Of a stretch of DNA of 64,000 nucleotides, positions 1 to 8,839 are shown in pieces. A program made the position numbers and the translations under genes. Under the pieces are notes generated by a model. The model saw only the letters and a list, made by a program, of their open reading frames with translations, was not told where the DNA came from and made no database searches. The stretch is from contig CAWFJP010000004.1 in NCBI GenBank assembly GCA_963816145.1, positions 256,001 to 320,000 of the forward strand. The letters run 5' to 3'. This DNA comes from an uncultured delta proteobacterium. Lineage in GTDB: Bacteria > Desulfobacterota > Binatia > UBA9968. Each line of letters starts with the position of its first letter. Position 1 is the first letter of the stretch.

Positions 1-1
1 G

Positions 2-820
2 ACCGCGACAGGCAAATTTGCTCATGTGCTTTTGCCCGCGGCGCAATGGAGCGAGAAGGAAGGCGTGATGACCAATTCGGAGCGCCGGATGACTTATATG
101 CCGAAACTAGTCGATCCTCCCGGTGAGGCGCTACCGGATTGGCAAATCATTGCGCGCTTCGCCGGTGCGATGGGCTTCGGCGAAGCATTTGCGTATCAGT
201 CGTCAAAGCAGATCTTTACCGAATACGCCGAGCTGACAAAGAAGAGAGTCTGCGATTGCTCGGGAATGAGTTATCGAAAGCTGAAATCGAGTCCGTTGCA
301 ATGGCCCTATCCGAAATCGATACGAATGCCGGCTGCACGGCTCTATTCTGACGGAATCTTCCCGACGGCGGACGGCCGCGCCAATTTTATCGCCGTCGAA
401 CATGCCGAACCTGCGGAAACGGTCGATGATGCGTACCCGCTGGTCTTGACCACCGGCCGCTCCAAATATCACTGGCACACCATGACGCGAACCGGGAAAA
501 ACCCGGCGCTGCGCAAGAGCGCGCCGGAGCCGATCCTCGATCTCCATCGCGTCGACGCGCGCCGCTATGGCATTCAGGACGCCGATTTCGTCGAGGTTAT
601 TTCTCGGCGCGGCAAGGTCATGGTGCAATGCCGGGTCACTGAAGAGATCACCCGTGGCACTTGTTTCCTGCCGTTTCATTGGGGGCGCGATCAAGGCTTT
701 TTCAAGGCGGCGAACAATCTCACGATCAGCGCGCGCGATCCAGCGTCGCGCCAGCCCGAACTAAAAGCCTGCGCGGTACGGCTGCGCAAGGTGATGGATT
801 TCCCCTTGGAGGACAACTGA
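2..820 (+). CDS. Molybdopterin oxidoreductase, probably assimilatory nitrate reductase catalytic subunit (C-terminal part; 5' truncated by window edge)
   Basis: Frame is open from position 2. Motifs VLLPAAQWSEKEGVMTNSERR, LTTGR...HWHTMTRTG and DPxSRQPELKACAV are typical of NasA/NarB. Adjacent to cobA. Confidence 0.85.
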   Translation, partial: TATGKFAHVLLPAAQWSEKEGVMTNSERRMTYMPKLVDPPGEALPDWQIIARFAGAMGFGEAFAYQSSKQIFTEYAELTKKRVCDCSGMSYRKLKSSPLQWPYPKSIRMPAARLYSDGIFPTADGRANFIAVEHAEPAETVDDAYPLVLTTGRSKYHWHTMTRTGKNPALRKSAPEPILDLHRVDARRYGIQDADFVEVISRRGKVMVQCRVTEEITRGTCFLPFHWGRDQGFFKAANNLTISARDPASRQPELKACAVRLRKVMDFPLEDN

Positions 821-822
821 TC

Positions 823-1641
823 ATGACTCTTCACGGGCTCGGCAAGGTATTTCTAGTTGGCGCGGGTCCGGGTGATCCGGAATTGCTCACGCTTAAAGGC
901 AAGCGCTGTCTCGAAGCGGCGGAGGTAATTCTCTTCGATGAGCTGGCGAACCATGAGCTGTTGGAGTTTGCTGCCTCGGAAGCGCAATTGATCTATGTCG
1001 GGAAGAAACCTGGAAAACATTGCGCCGACCAACGTGAGATCGAAGCGCTGCTGATTCAACACGCCCGGCAGGGCAAATATGTCGTTCGACTTAAGGGCGG
1101 CGACCCGTTTGTTTTCGGCCGCGGCGGTGAGGAGGCCCAGGCCTTGAAGGCGGCGGGGATTCCATTCGAAGTCGTGCCGGGGATTAGCGCAGCCATTGCC
1201 GTGCCGGCCTATGCTGGAATTCCCATAACCCACCGTGGCCGCGCTTCGAGTTTTGCCGTAGTGACCGGACATAACGTCTCTGACTCGGTGGTCAATTGGT
1301 CGGGCTTGGTGCACTCGGTGGATACGCTGGTAATTTTGATGGGGCTAAGCAACTTGGCAGCGATCATGGACCTGCTACTGGAAAACGGCTGCGAGCCGGA
1401 GCGGCCCGTTGGGCTGATCCGGTCCGGTACCCGCAGCCAGCAAGTTGTCGTGACCGGCACGGTTGCGACCATCGGCATGCTCGCCAGCCGAGCCAAATTG
1501 CGCTCACCGGTTACGATTGTTGTGGGCGCGGTAGCCCGCATGGCGGCCGAGCTTGACTGGTTCCCCATCATTGCCAGCACAGCTTCCAGCAATCGTGAGT
1601 TGGCACTCGGCATGACTGAGCTTGAGTTACTACCTGTCTAA
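823..1641 (+). CDS. cobA: Uroporphyrinogen-III C-methyltransferase (stand-alone SUMT, siroheme pathway)
   Basis: GKVFLVGAGPGDPELLTLKG, VVRLKGGDPFVFGRGGEE and VVPGISA motifs. ATG at 823 follows GGAGG and lies 2 nt after the upstream stop. Confidence 0.92.
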   Translation: MTLHGLGKVFLVGAGPGDPELLTLKGKRCLEAAEVILFDELANHELLEFAASEAQLIYVGKKPGKHCADQREIEALLIQHARQGKYVVRLKGGDPFVFGRGGEEAQALKAAGIPFEVVPGISAAIAVPAYAGIPITHRGRASSFAVVTGHNVSDSVVNWSGLVHSVDTLVILMGLSNLAAIMDLLLENGCEPERPVGLIRSGTRSQQVVVTGTVATIGMLASRAKLRSPVTIVVGAVARMAAELDWFPIIASTASSNRELALGMTELELLPV

Positions 1642-1665
1642 AGGCTGCTGGTTTTCCCAAGCGTT

Positions 1666-1702
1666 TGCCTAAATAGTCAGCAGCCATGCCAAAATTTAGG
1701 CA
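1666..1702. promoter_or_regulatory. Tandem putative enhancer-binding protein (NtrC-like) sites
   Basis: TGCCTAAATAGTCAGCA (1666-1682, TGC-N11-GCA) and TGCCAAAATTTAGGCA (1687-1702), about 2 helical turns apart and about 100 nt upstream of a sigma54 box. Confidence 0.55.
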
Positions 1703-1786
1703 CTCGCGATTTCTGCCGTCGGGGTGTCGGTGAAATATTTCAGGGATATTAACCGTTTATGCCGAGCAATTGGCCTTGATCGGTGA

Positions 1787-1802
1787 TGGCATTTAAGTTG
1801 CT
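1787..1802 (+). promoter_or_regulatory. sigma54 (-24/-12) promoter for the porin gene
   Basis: TGGCATTTAAGTTGCT matches TGGCAC-N5-TTGCW with exact GG-N10-GC spacing. Confidence 0.75.
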
Positions 1803-1894
1803 TTATTACTTAGCGCTCGAATTCTATTTGCTTTCGTGTATTATCGACAACATTATTTTCATCGGAATTAATTGGTGTTGAGGAGGACTAACTC

Positions 1895-3130
1895 ATGAAA
1901 CGTCGGATGGTCCGAATGGCGCTCTTGGCCGGAGTGATCGCGCTTAGCGGTCAGAACGTTCGCGCTGATGATGACAAACCGCTCGCTCCTGGCGTGTTGA
2001 GCTTGGACAGCAGCGTCGGTGTCGCCGATCAGGGGATCGCCAACGGCAAAGGTTCGTTGGAGAAAGCATTAGGCATCGGTATCAGCGGATTTATCGATAT
2101 GGGCTACATTTGGAGCTCGAATCATCCAGGTAATCCCTCTGACATTTCTGGCCGCTACTTCGATAAGGACAATAATCAATTTAATGTCAACAATTTTCAT
2201 CTTGCGATTGAAAAGCCGGAAAAGGACTGGGGCGTTGGCTTCAAGGTTTCCGGCGATTTCGGTCGCTACGGCGAGCTACTCCACGAAGCGACACAGTGGA
2301 ACAGCATCGGTGCAAAGTTTTGCTGCGCATCGTCGGCCGAGGTCCGTGAGGCATATCTTACAACCACGATTCCCGTGGGTGAGGGGATCGGTGTCAAAGG
2401 CGGTTTGTTCGTAACGCCTCTAGGTACGGAAATTCTCAACAACCCTGGCGCATATAACGACAATATTTCTCGTTCGTTCGCGTTTAACTATGGTATCCCA
2501 ATTCGCCATCTGGGGACTTTGTTCAGTTACCCGTTTGCCAAAACGGTCACGGCGAGTATTGGTTGGGTGACCGGCTGGGATGATCCGCACGACAACAACG
2601 GCGCGCCGTCCGGTATCGTCGGCGTCAATTATACGCCGAGTGACGCCTTCGGTTTGTCGAGCAATCTGCTATTCGGGCCGGAACAAAGACACAATTCAGG
2701 ACGGATGAGAGTAACCTGGAGCAGCGTGGCGACGATCAAGCCGATGGATCCTTTGACAGTATTGCTTGAGTATACCCTCGGCAGCGAATCGTCGGCGCCG
2801 ACTCCGACCGGTACGCAGGATGCGTACTGGCACGCTCTTGCTGCCATCGCATCCTGGGGCTGGACCGACCGTTTCACCACGGCACTACGAGGTGAGGTTT
2901 TCTTCGATAATCAAGGCGCGCGAACTTTCGGCCTCGCCGCTACCACTCCCCAACATAATGCCACACTCGGCGAGCTGACTTTAACCAGTAGCTATAAGTT
3001 CACTAAGATGCTAATGGGTCGCGCCGAATTGCGTCAAGATTTTGCCAACCATGGTGTTTACAAAGTGGGCAAGACCGGCGCCGATAGCCAGCAGACGACG
3101 ATCGGGATGCAGTTGCTTTACACGTTCTAG
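1895..3130 (+). CDS. Outer-membrane beta-barrel protein / putative porin (OmpL-like, beta-barrel porin-2 type)
   Basis: Signal peptide ending VRA-D, GxFxTPLGxE and N.SRS motifs, amphipathic strands, C-terminal YTF (BamA signal), and a GAGGAGG RBS. Confidence 0.8.
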   Translation: MKRRMVRMALLAGVIALSGQNVRADDDKPLAPGVLSLDSSVGVADQGIANGKGSLEKALGIGISGFIDMGYIWSSNHPGNPSDISGRYFDKDNNQFNVNNFHLAIEKPEKDWGVGFKVSGDFGRYGELLHEATQWNSIGAKFCCASSAEVREAYLTTTIPVGEGIGVKGGLFVTPLGTEILNNPGAYNDNISRSFAFNYGIPIRHLGTLFSYPFAKTVTASIGWVTGWDDPHDNNGAPSGIVGVNYTPSDAFGLSSNLLFGPEQRHNSGRMRVTWSSVATIKPMDPLTVLLEYTLGSESSAPTPTGTQDAYWHALAAIASWGWTDRFTTALRGEVFFDNQGARTFGLAATTPQHNATLGELTLTSSYKFTKMLMGRAELRQDFANHGVYKVGKTGADSQQTTIGMQLLYTF

Positions 3131-3158
3131 GTCGATTGCCTCCACTTAGGGCGGATGG

Positions 3159-3188
3159 GGAGCAGCCGAAGGGCTGCTCCTTTTTTTT
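3159..3188 (+). terminator. Intrinsic terminator after the porin
   Basis: GGAGCAGCC-GAAG-GGCTGCTCC followed by T8. Confidence 0.9.
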
Positions 3189-3349
3189 GGTTGCGGCGTT
3201 TGGCATAGCGGTTCAACATTTCAGCGCTGCGTAACGGAGGGAGTCATGCGGGTTGGCGGCGCAAGTATTTCCCACAGCCATCGGTAGACTTCAGGGCTGA
3301 GCATGCGTCTGAAATTCTTATTACCGCTGATGACTGTCTCCCGGCCCTT

Positions 3350-5050
3350 GTGAACGGCGCTGCTTGCGTCTCTGGAAATTGCCCATGGCGCTTGTTAGTT
3401 GTGAATCATCAAGCCGCTGATTGTTCTAGTCCTTTGATTGCTGAAAAACATTACTCGCTTGCCCTCCTCGTTCTCTGTTCGCTGTTGTTTTTTTTCGGTA
3501 TTGGTTCGCGTGACTTCTGGGCGCCGGTGGAGCCGCGCTACGGCGAGATCGTCCGGGTGATGTTCGCCAAGGGCGAGTGGATCGTCCCCACTGTCAATGG
3601 CGGCATCTACACCGACAAGCCAATCCTTTTTTTCTGGCTGGCGCTGATCGCTTCGAATATCGCCGGCGGCGTGTCCGAGTGGACGGTGAGGCTGCCGGCC
3701 GCACTGGGCGGTATCGGGTTTATTTTGTCGACATACTTCTTCGGCCGGGATTTTTTCAACCCGCGCATCGGTCTCATTGCGGCGGCGATCTTGGCGACAT
3801 CGATGCGGGTGATCTGGGAAGCGCGCTGGGCCCATGTCGACATGGTCTTTTGTTGTTGGTTCATGTTGTCGGTTTACTTCGCCGCGCGAACTTTTCTCGG
3901 CAAAGGCCGCGCTTACGAAATCCTCGTCGCCTACGCCTTCATGGGACTGGCGGTGCTGACCAAGGGCTTGATCGGCGTGGTCTTGCCGGGTTTGGTGTTT
4001 GTTTCGTTCATGGTCGTGCGCCGCGACTGGCGCATGATCGGCGCGGCGAAACTCCATCTGGGAATTCCCATTCTGCTGCTCGTCACCGTGCCATGGTTTT
4101 TTTTGGTTGATCAAGCGACCGACGGTCGATGGCTCCGCGATTTTATTTACCTGCATCATTTGCGGCGTTACATCGCCGGCGCCGGCCATCGACAGCCTGT
4201 CTATTATTATCTCACGACGTTGCCTGCCGATTTTCTACCGTGGACAATCTTCGCTATCCCGGCATTGATCGCGCGTCGGCCGCTTCGCCAGATCTTGAAG
4301 GACGTTCCCAGCCAACTTTGTCTATGCTGGTTTCTGGCGATCCTTGCATTCTTTACGATCTCCGATACCAAGCGCGATCTTTATCTCCTGCCGCTCCTAC
4401 CGACGGTGGCATTACTTGTTGCTTGCTACATCGATTCGCTCGCGACACAGCGCAGCGCCGATGGCGCGTCTTGCCGCTGGATCACCGCGAGCTTCTTCGC
4501 ATTGCTTGCGCTCGGTGCATTCCTTGTTCCAGTGGCGGCGTGGCGCCTTCGCCCCGATGCGGTGCTACCGTTGTTGCCGGCGAGTCTGGTGTTGGCGGTG
4601 AGCGGCGCGTCGGCCGCTGTGTATTTGGTTCGGCGCGAGGTGGATCACGCGATCATCGTGATTGTCGCTTTGATGACCTTGTCGATGTTAACCGCGGCGC
4701 TTTGGGTATTCCCGTATTTGGAAACGTATAAGTCGCCGCGACCGTTCGCCCGCGAAATCGCCCGGCTCGTGCCGCCGTCAGCGCCGCTGTACATCTTTGC
4801 CGATACCATGCATGATTTTAACTATTACGTCGAGCGCGAAGCGATTCCCGTGCTGAGTTCGCCATCCGCAGTGGAAAGACTCTTAACGGGAGTACAACCT
4901 GGTTTTCTGTTGGTCCGGGAGCGTGACTTGGCAGAATTGCCGATGTTGCCGCGATCCTGGGTGATCGCCAGCGATCGCAGAGGGCGCATGCCTTGGCATT
5001 TAGTGCGATTCAACAGTGCCCAGGGATCGAGCGCGGCGAACAAAGAGTAG
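3350..5050 (+). CDS. ArnT-like GT-C membrane glycosyltransferase (GT83/GT39); true start may be TTG at 3434
   Basis: EPRYGEIVRVM, DKPILFFW, RLPAAL, LAVLTKG and KRDLYLLP motifs with many TM segments. Confidence 0.85.
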   Translation: MNGAACVSGNCPWRLLVVNHQAADCSSPLIAEKHYSLALLVLCSLLFFFGIGSRDFWAPVEPRYGEIVRVMFAKGEWIVPTVNGGIYTDKPILFFWLALIASNIAGGVSEWTVRLPAALGGIGFILSTYFFGRDFFNPRIGLIAAAILATSMRVIWEARWAHVDMVFCCWFMLSVYFAARTFLGKGRAYEILVAYAFMGLAVLTKGLIGVVLPGLVFVSFMVVRRDWRMIGAAKLHLGIPILLLVTVPWFFLVDQATDGRWLRDFIYLHHLRRYIAGAGHRQPVYYYLTTLPADFLPWTIFAIPALIARRPLRQILKDVPSQLCLCWFLAILAFFTISDTKRDLYLLPLLPTVALLVACYIDSLATQRSADGASCRWITASFFALLALGAFLVPVAAWRLRPDAVLPLLPASLVLAVSGASAAVYLVRREVDHAIIVIVALMTLSMLTAALWVFPYLETYKSPRPFAREIARLVPPSAPLYIFADTMHDFNYYVEREAIPVLSSPSAVERLLTGVQPGFLLVRERDLAELPMLPRSWVIASDRRGRMPWHLVRFNSAQGSSAANKE

Positions 5051-5060
5051 GTAACGGAAC

Positions 5061-5489
5061 ATGATCAAAAATATTGCGTGGATCGCTATCGGTGTGATTG
5101 CGGCTTACTTGATTTGGTGGATAGTCCCAGACTATTTCCACGGGGAGAAAGGTGATCCGCGCTCGCAGGAGCATTTGAGCCGGATCGCCGCCGAGATCAA
5201 TCAAAGCGTGCCGTTCATGATCGATAACGAAACCGAGCTGATGCCGATCTCGGGCCATGAAGGGATGTTGATCTATAATTATCGTCTCGTGAGCTACTCA
5301 GTGAAAAATTTGGATTATCGGCGATTTGCCGCCGGGGCGCGCGACCGCGTCGTGCAAGGCGCCTGCGGGCGGCCGGAGACACGCGACGATTTTCTCAAAA
5401 AAGGCGTGACGCTGCGCTACTCGTACTTCGACAAAGACAAGCAGCATATCGCAACCATCGACGTGACGCCGCGGGATTGCGGGTTTTGA
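5061..5489 (+). CDS. Hypothetical membrane-anchored periplasmic protein
   Basis: N-terminal TM helix and two Cys (possible disulfide). Starts 10 nt after the ArnT-like stop. Confidence 0.7.
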   Translation: MIKNIAWIAIGVIAAYLIWWIVPDYFHGEKGDPRSQEHLSRIAAEINQSVPFMIDNETELMPISGHEGMLIYNYRLVSYSVKNLDYRRFAAGARDRVVQGACGRPETRDDFLKKGVTLRYSYFDKDKQHIATIDVTPRDCGF

Positions 5490-5511
5490 AGATGGACAGA
5501 AATGGCATGAA

Positions 5512-5584
5512 GGCATGGTGGAGTATCAAAATGGCGGCCCTGTCCTAAGCCCGTAGCTGTACCATTCCAATACTCCATCACGCC
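5512..5584. repeat. Imperfect inverted repeat between convergent genes (possible bidirectional terminator / REP-like)
   Basis: GGCATGGTGGAGTAT..AATGG (5512-5534) pairs with CCATT..ATACTCCATCACGCC (5562-5584). Confidence 0.55.
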
Positions 5585-5595
5585 ATGGTTTTTCA

Positions 5596-6633
5596 CTACT
5601 TCAAAATTTCTTTAGAGCGTGGAATTAGTTTGGGGTCGAGTTTGAATACATCCTTGACACTATTCTCTAACTCCTGCCCATCCAGGGGATCGATATCGAG
5701 CTTTGCCTTCTTGGCATCTGCCAGGAATTCTGGATCCTTCATGACGTCCATGAATGCTTTGCGCAGTATCGTTAAACGATCCTTCGGGGTGCCCGGCGGA
5801 AACAAATAGGGCCTCGCTGCTGGGCCAACGCTGTGAACCAGCGCGTTGATTAAATTTCGAGCCTCATCGGTTTTGGCGTAGCTAATCGCTAGCGGGACCT
5901 TGGAAAGTTCGGGGTGCGACTTGGCAGTCGTCTGCAATACGATCTGCAGGTCGCCGCTTTTGAGCTCGTTAGGCCAAGTGGCTGAAAATGACTGCCAAGC
6001 GTTGCACACCCCTTGGACTTCACCGGCGTCGTAAGCCAATCTTACATCCGCGGTGCCTTTGTAACCCGACACGAGTTGCGCGGGCAGTCCTATGGTTGCA
6101 ATCAATACCTTGGGGATATCGTCCGTGGCCGAACCCGCGCCGACACCCCCAAGCTTGACCATGGTCTTGGACGACATCCATTGGTCCATGGTCGACACGC
6201 CAGTATTTTTTTTCGACACGCCGATTACATAGTTGTCCTGGGTCGGGACGCCGATATATTCAAATTTGGCCGCGTCGAACTGGATGCCCGGTTTACCCAG
6301 GAGTTGCTGCAAGAAAAGCCCACCGATGAAGTGACCGATGGTCAGGCCGTCGGGCTTGGCGATATTGTACATATAGTTGGCCGAGATCAGGAATCCGGCG
6401 CCCGGCATATTCTCAACCACAAAGGTCGGGTTGCCCGGGACGTACTTGGAGATATGCCGAGCGATCGTTCGCGAATAGGTATCGTAACCGCCGCCGGCGG
6501 ATGCGCCGACAATGATGCGGACGGTTTTGCCTTGGTAAAAGTTGTCTTGGGCGAAAACCGCACTTTGCTGCAAGCTCGCTGCGATAAAAGCGACGGTGAG
6601 CGCGAAACGCCATCCCTGTTTCATAAGATTCAT
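5596..6633 (-). CDS. Bug/TctC-family tripartite tricarboxylate transporter substrate-binding protein
   Basis: Signal peptide, FYQGKTVRIIVGASAGGGYDTYSR, VENMPGAG, AKPDGLTI and GYKGTADVRLA motifs. Confidence 0.9.
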   Translation of the reverse strand: MNLMKQGWRFALTVAFIAASLQQSAVFAQDNFYQGKTVRIIVGASAGGGYDTYSRTIARHISKYVPGNPTFVVENMPGAGFLISANYMYNIAKPDGLTIGHFIGGLFLQQLLGKPGIQFDAAKFEYIGVPTQDNYVIGVSKKNTGVSTMDQWMSSKTMVKLGGVGAGSATDDIPKVLIATIGLPAQLVSGYKGTADVRLAYDAGEVQGVCNAWQSFSATWPNELKSGDLQIVLQTTAKSHPELSKVPLAISYAKTDEARNLINALVHSVGPAARPYLFPPGTPKDRLTILRKAFMDVMKDPEFLADAKKAKLDIDPLDGQELENSVKDVFKLDPKLIPRSKEILK

Positions 6634-6670
6634 TCTCCTCTCGTTTTCTATGGACGATAGCTAAGAACGA

Positions 6671-7690
6671 TTATTGCAATATCTCTTTTAGCTGATTAAC
6701 GATGGCAGGATCAATCTTGAAAAGCTGATCGACGATTTTTTCAATTTCCTCACCGGTCAACGGATCAATGTCGAGCCGTGATTTTTTCGCGTCGGCAAGA
6801 AACGCTGAATCTTTAAGTGTCTCGACATACGCTTTGCGCAGTACCATTACGCGATCCTTGGGCGTGCCCGGCGCGACGGCGTAAGGACGGGTTATCGCGG
6901 CAGGATCGTGGCCGCCAAATTTCAAAATTTGTTTGGCATTGTCATTAGCCGCGAAGTCGATGGCGTTGGGTACTTTCGCCAATTCGGGGTGCGGCTTGGC
7001 ATTGACTTGCAAGACCATGTACACGTTGCCCGAGTCGAGGCCCTGGCGCCAAATGGACTTGATCGATTCCCACTGCCAACAGCCGCCCGCCACTTCACCG
7101 GCTTCGGCGGCAAGCCTCACTTCCGCCGTGCCTTTATAGCCCGCCACCAGTTGCAATGGCAGCTTGAGCGCGGCGATCAGGAGCTTTGCGGTGTTGTAAG
7201 TCGTGTCGCCTGGGGCGACGCCGCCGATTTTCACTGGCGTCTTGGCATTTCGCAGGGCGTCAAAAGTAGTGATGCCGCTGGCTTTGGTGAAACCGCAGGC
7301 GACGTTATCCTGGGTCGGGATGCCGATGTACTCGAACTTGCGCGCGTCGAACTCGATACCGGGCTTGCCGATGACCTGATTGATCACCTGGTTGCCGTGG
7401 AAATTGAGAATGGTCAGGCCGTCGGGTTTGGCGACCTTGTATACATGATTCGCGGCCAGCAGGCTGGCCGCACCGGTCATGTTCTCAACGACAATGGCGG
7501 GGTTACCGGGAATATGCCCGCCCAGGTGGCGCGCGATCAAGCGCGAGTAGGTGTCGAAGCCGCCGCCAGCGGAGAAGCCAACAATTACTTTAATTGTCTT
7601 GCCTTCGTAGAAAGATGCGGCGCTGCTGGGCGTACCAAAAGCGGTAATTAATCCCAGTCCAAATATTAAACCACTCAGAGTCTTGTTCAT
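6671..7690 (-). CDS. Bug/TctC-family substrate-binding protein (paralog of 5596-6633)
   Basis: Signal peptide, FYEGKTIKVIVGFSAGGGFDTYSR, VENMTGAA and GYKGTAEVRLA motifs. Confidence 0.9.
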   Translation of the reverse strand: MNKTLSGLIFGLGLITAFGTPSSAASFYEGKTIKVIVGFSAGGGFDTYSRLIARHLGGHIPGNPAIVVENMTGAASLLAANHVYKVAKPDGLTILNFHGNQVINQVIGKPGIEFDARKFEYIGIPTQDNVACGFTKASGITTFDALRNAKTPVKIGGVAPGDTTYNTAKLLIAALKLPLQLVAGYKGTAEVRLAAEAGEVAGGCWQWESIKSIWRQGLDSGNVYMVLQVNAKPHPELAKVPNAIDFAANDNAKQILKFGGHDPAAITRPYAVAPGTPKDRVMVLRKAYVETLKDSAFLADAKKSRLDIDPLTGEEIEKIVDQLFKIDPAIVNQLKEILQ

Positions 7691-8041
7691 GCTTTTTTGT
7701 CCTCAAAGTGCCCGGGCCTTTATCGCGGCAATTAAATATGAAACGGCGGGAGAGTCAACTGCGTTACCTCGATCGTCGCTAACGCGCCATCCCGACACCA
7801 ACGTGGATAGTTCCAAGCTTAAAATTGCTCCGCTGCCTCAATCGTTGACAACGGCCCGCGACGACCCGATGCAAACTACCGATTTCGAAACGGCGTGGCA
7901 TGAAATAGTGCGTCGCTCGCGGTGTCATCGATTAGCTCCTACACTTCGGTTTGGCAGGCAGGGGCGCTGTTGCCGATTTCTAAGAATTCCGCTGCGTTAT
8001 AATCACGCTTGTTAAATCGGCCGAATCGACTTAGCGAGACT

Positions 8042-8839
8042 TCAACCCTTGGCTTCGTTGCGCATCTCGGCCAGCAGCTCGTCTTCCCAGGCGCGGCTGC
8101 CGTCAATCGACCATTGAAACCCTGGGTCGCGGATTTCACCGGAGCGGGTGAACTTGGGCAGCTCTTCGAGCGCGCGTGCGAGTACCGCCTCGTTGCGGGC
8201 GCGGTCATGGGGCGGGCCGAAGGTGCGGCCCACCGGATGATCGACAAAGACTGCGCGCGGCGGAGTGACTTTGCTCATGATGTCATGGGCCGTGCCGATC
8301 ATCAGTGTCGGAATGCCCTGGCCTTCGATGACATGAGCGATGAGACCGACGGTCTCATGGCAGAAGGGTCAATAGGGAACTAGTAACGCGAGGTCGACCT
8401 GGGCTTGCTTCAAGTCGCTCGTAATCGCCGTCGCCAGCTGGTTTTCGACCTTATCATGGTCGCGCAAGCCGCCCATGAACGAAAAATGAAACGGTGACAA
8501 ATCGCCGACAACGCCGCGCTTCTGCAAGTTTGCCAATGCCGTGCGTGGAAAAACGATTTCGGGATCCTGCTTCGGCACCCGGCCGATGCCTGAATGATGA
8601 TCGATAATGATCTCTCCCGCGCTCGGATCGGACGGCACGCGCCGGTAGCCGAAATCTTCGCGTGGAATGAACGGCTCCTGATGCGCCAAACGCAATGCCG
8701 CGCTGCTCAACAGCGCGACGCGAGATTCATTTAACGGTTTCTTGATCGGACACCAAGCCGGCTTGGACGGCGCTACCAGCACGCGCGGCGGTTTGGGCGC
8801 CGAGTTTTGCGCCATGACGGGGAGATATTGGAAGGGCAT
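8042..8839 (-). CDS. Selenoprotein of the D-proline/glycine/betaine reductase selenoprotein B (PrdB/GrdB-like) family, 265 aa with Sec at in-frame TGA 8369-8371
   Basis: ORFs 8369-8839 and 8042-8302 are in the same frame. Reading through gives LLVPY-U-PFCHETVGLIAHVIEGQGIPT...PPRAVFVDHPVG (U-x-x-C). N-terminal KPLNESRVALLSSAA and DPEIVFP are family motifs. Confidence 0.88.
8322..8368 (-). promoter_or_regulatory. Putative bacterial SECIS element
   Basis: Immediately 3' of the UGA: CCCTTCTGCC, then perfect stem ATGAGACC-GTC-GGTCTCAT. The G-initiated loop is 18 nt from the UGA. CCTTC/GAAGG can form a lower stem. Confidence 0.75.

Noticed and set aside
3246-3287. 13-codon ORF after GGAGGGAG
   Set aside because: Too short, with no recognisable features and no supporting promoter.
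7896-7911. sigma54-like TGGCATGAAATAGTGC
   Set aside because: GG-to-GC spacing is one base too long and there is no plus-strand gene downstream.
8042-8044. Second TGA of the selenoprotein as another Sec codon
   Set aside because: No redox motif or convincing hairpin follows, and a TAA comes ten codons later. Treated as the true stop.
8042-8302. Separate 86-aa ORF in the track
   Set aside because: It is the C-terminal part of the UGA-recoded selenoprotein (same frame, family motifs continue across the UGA).
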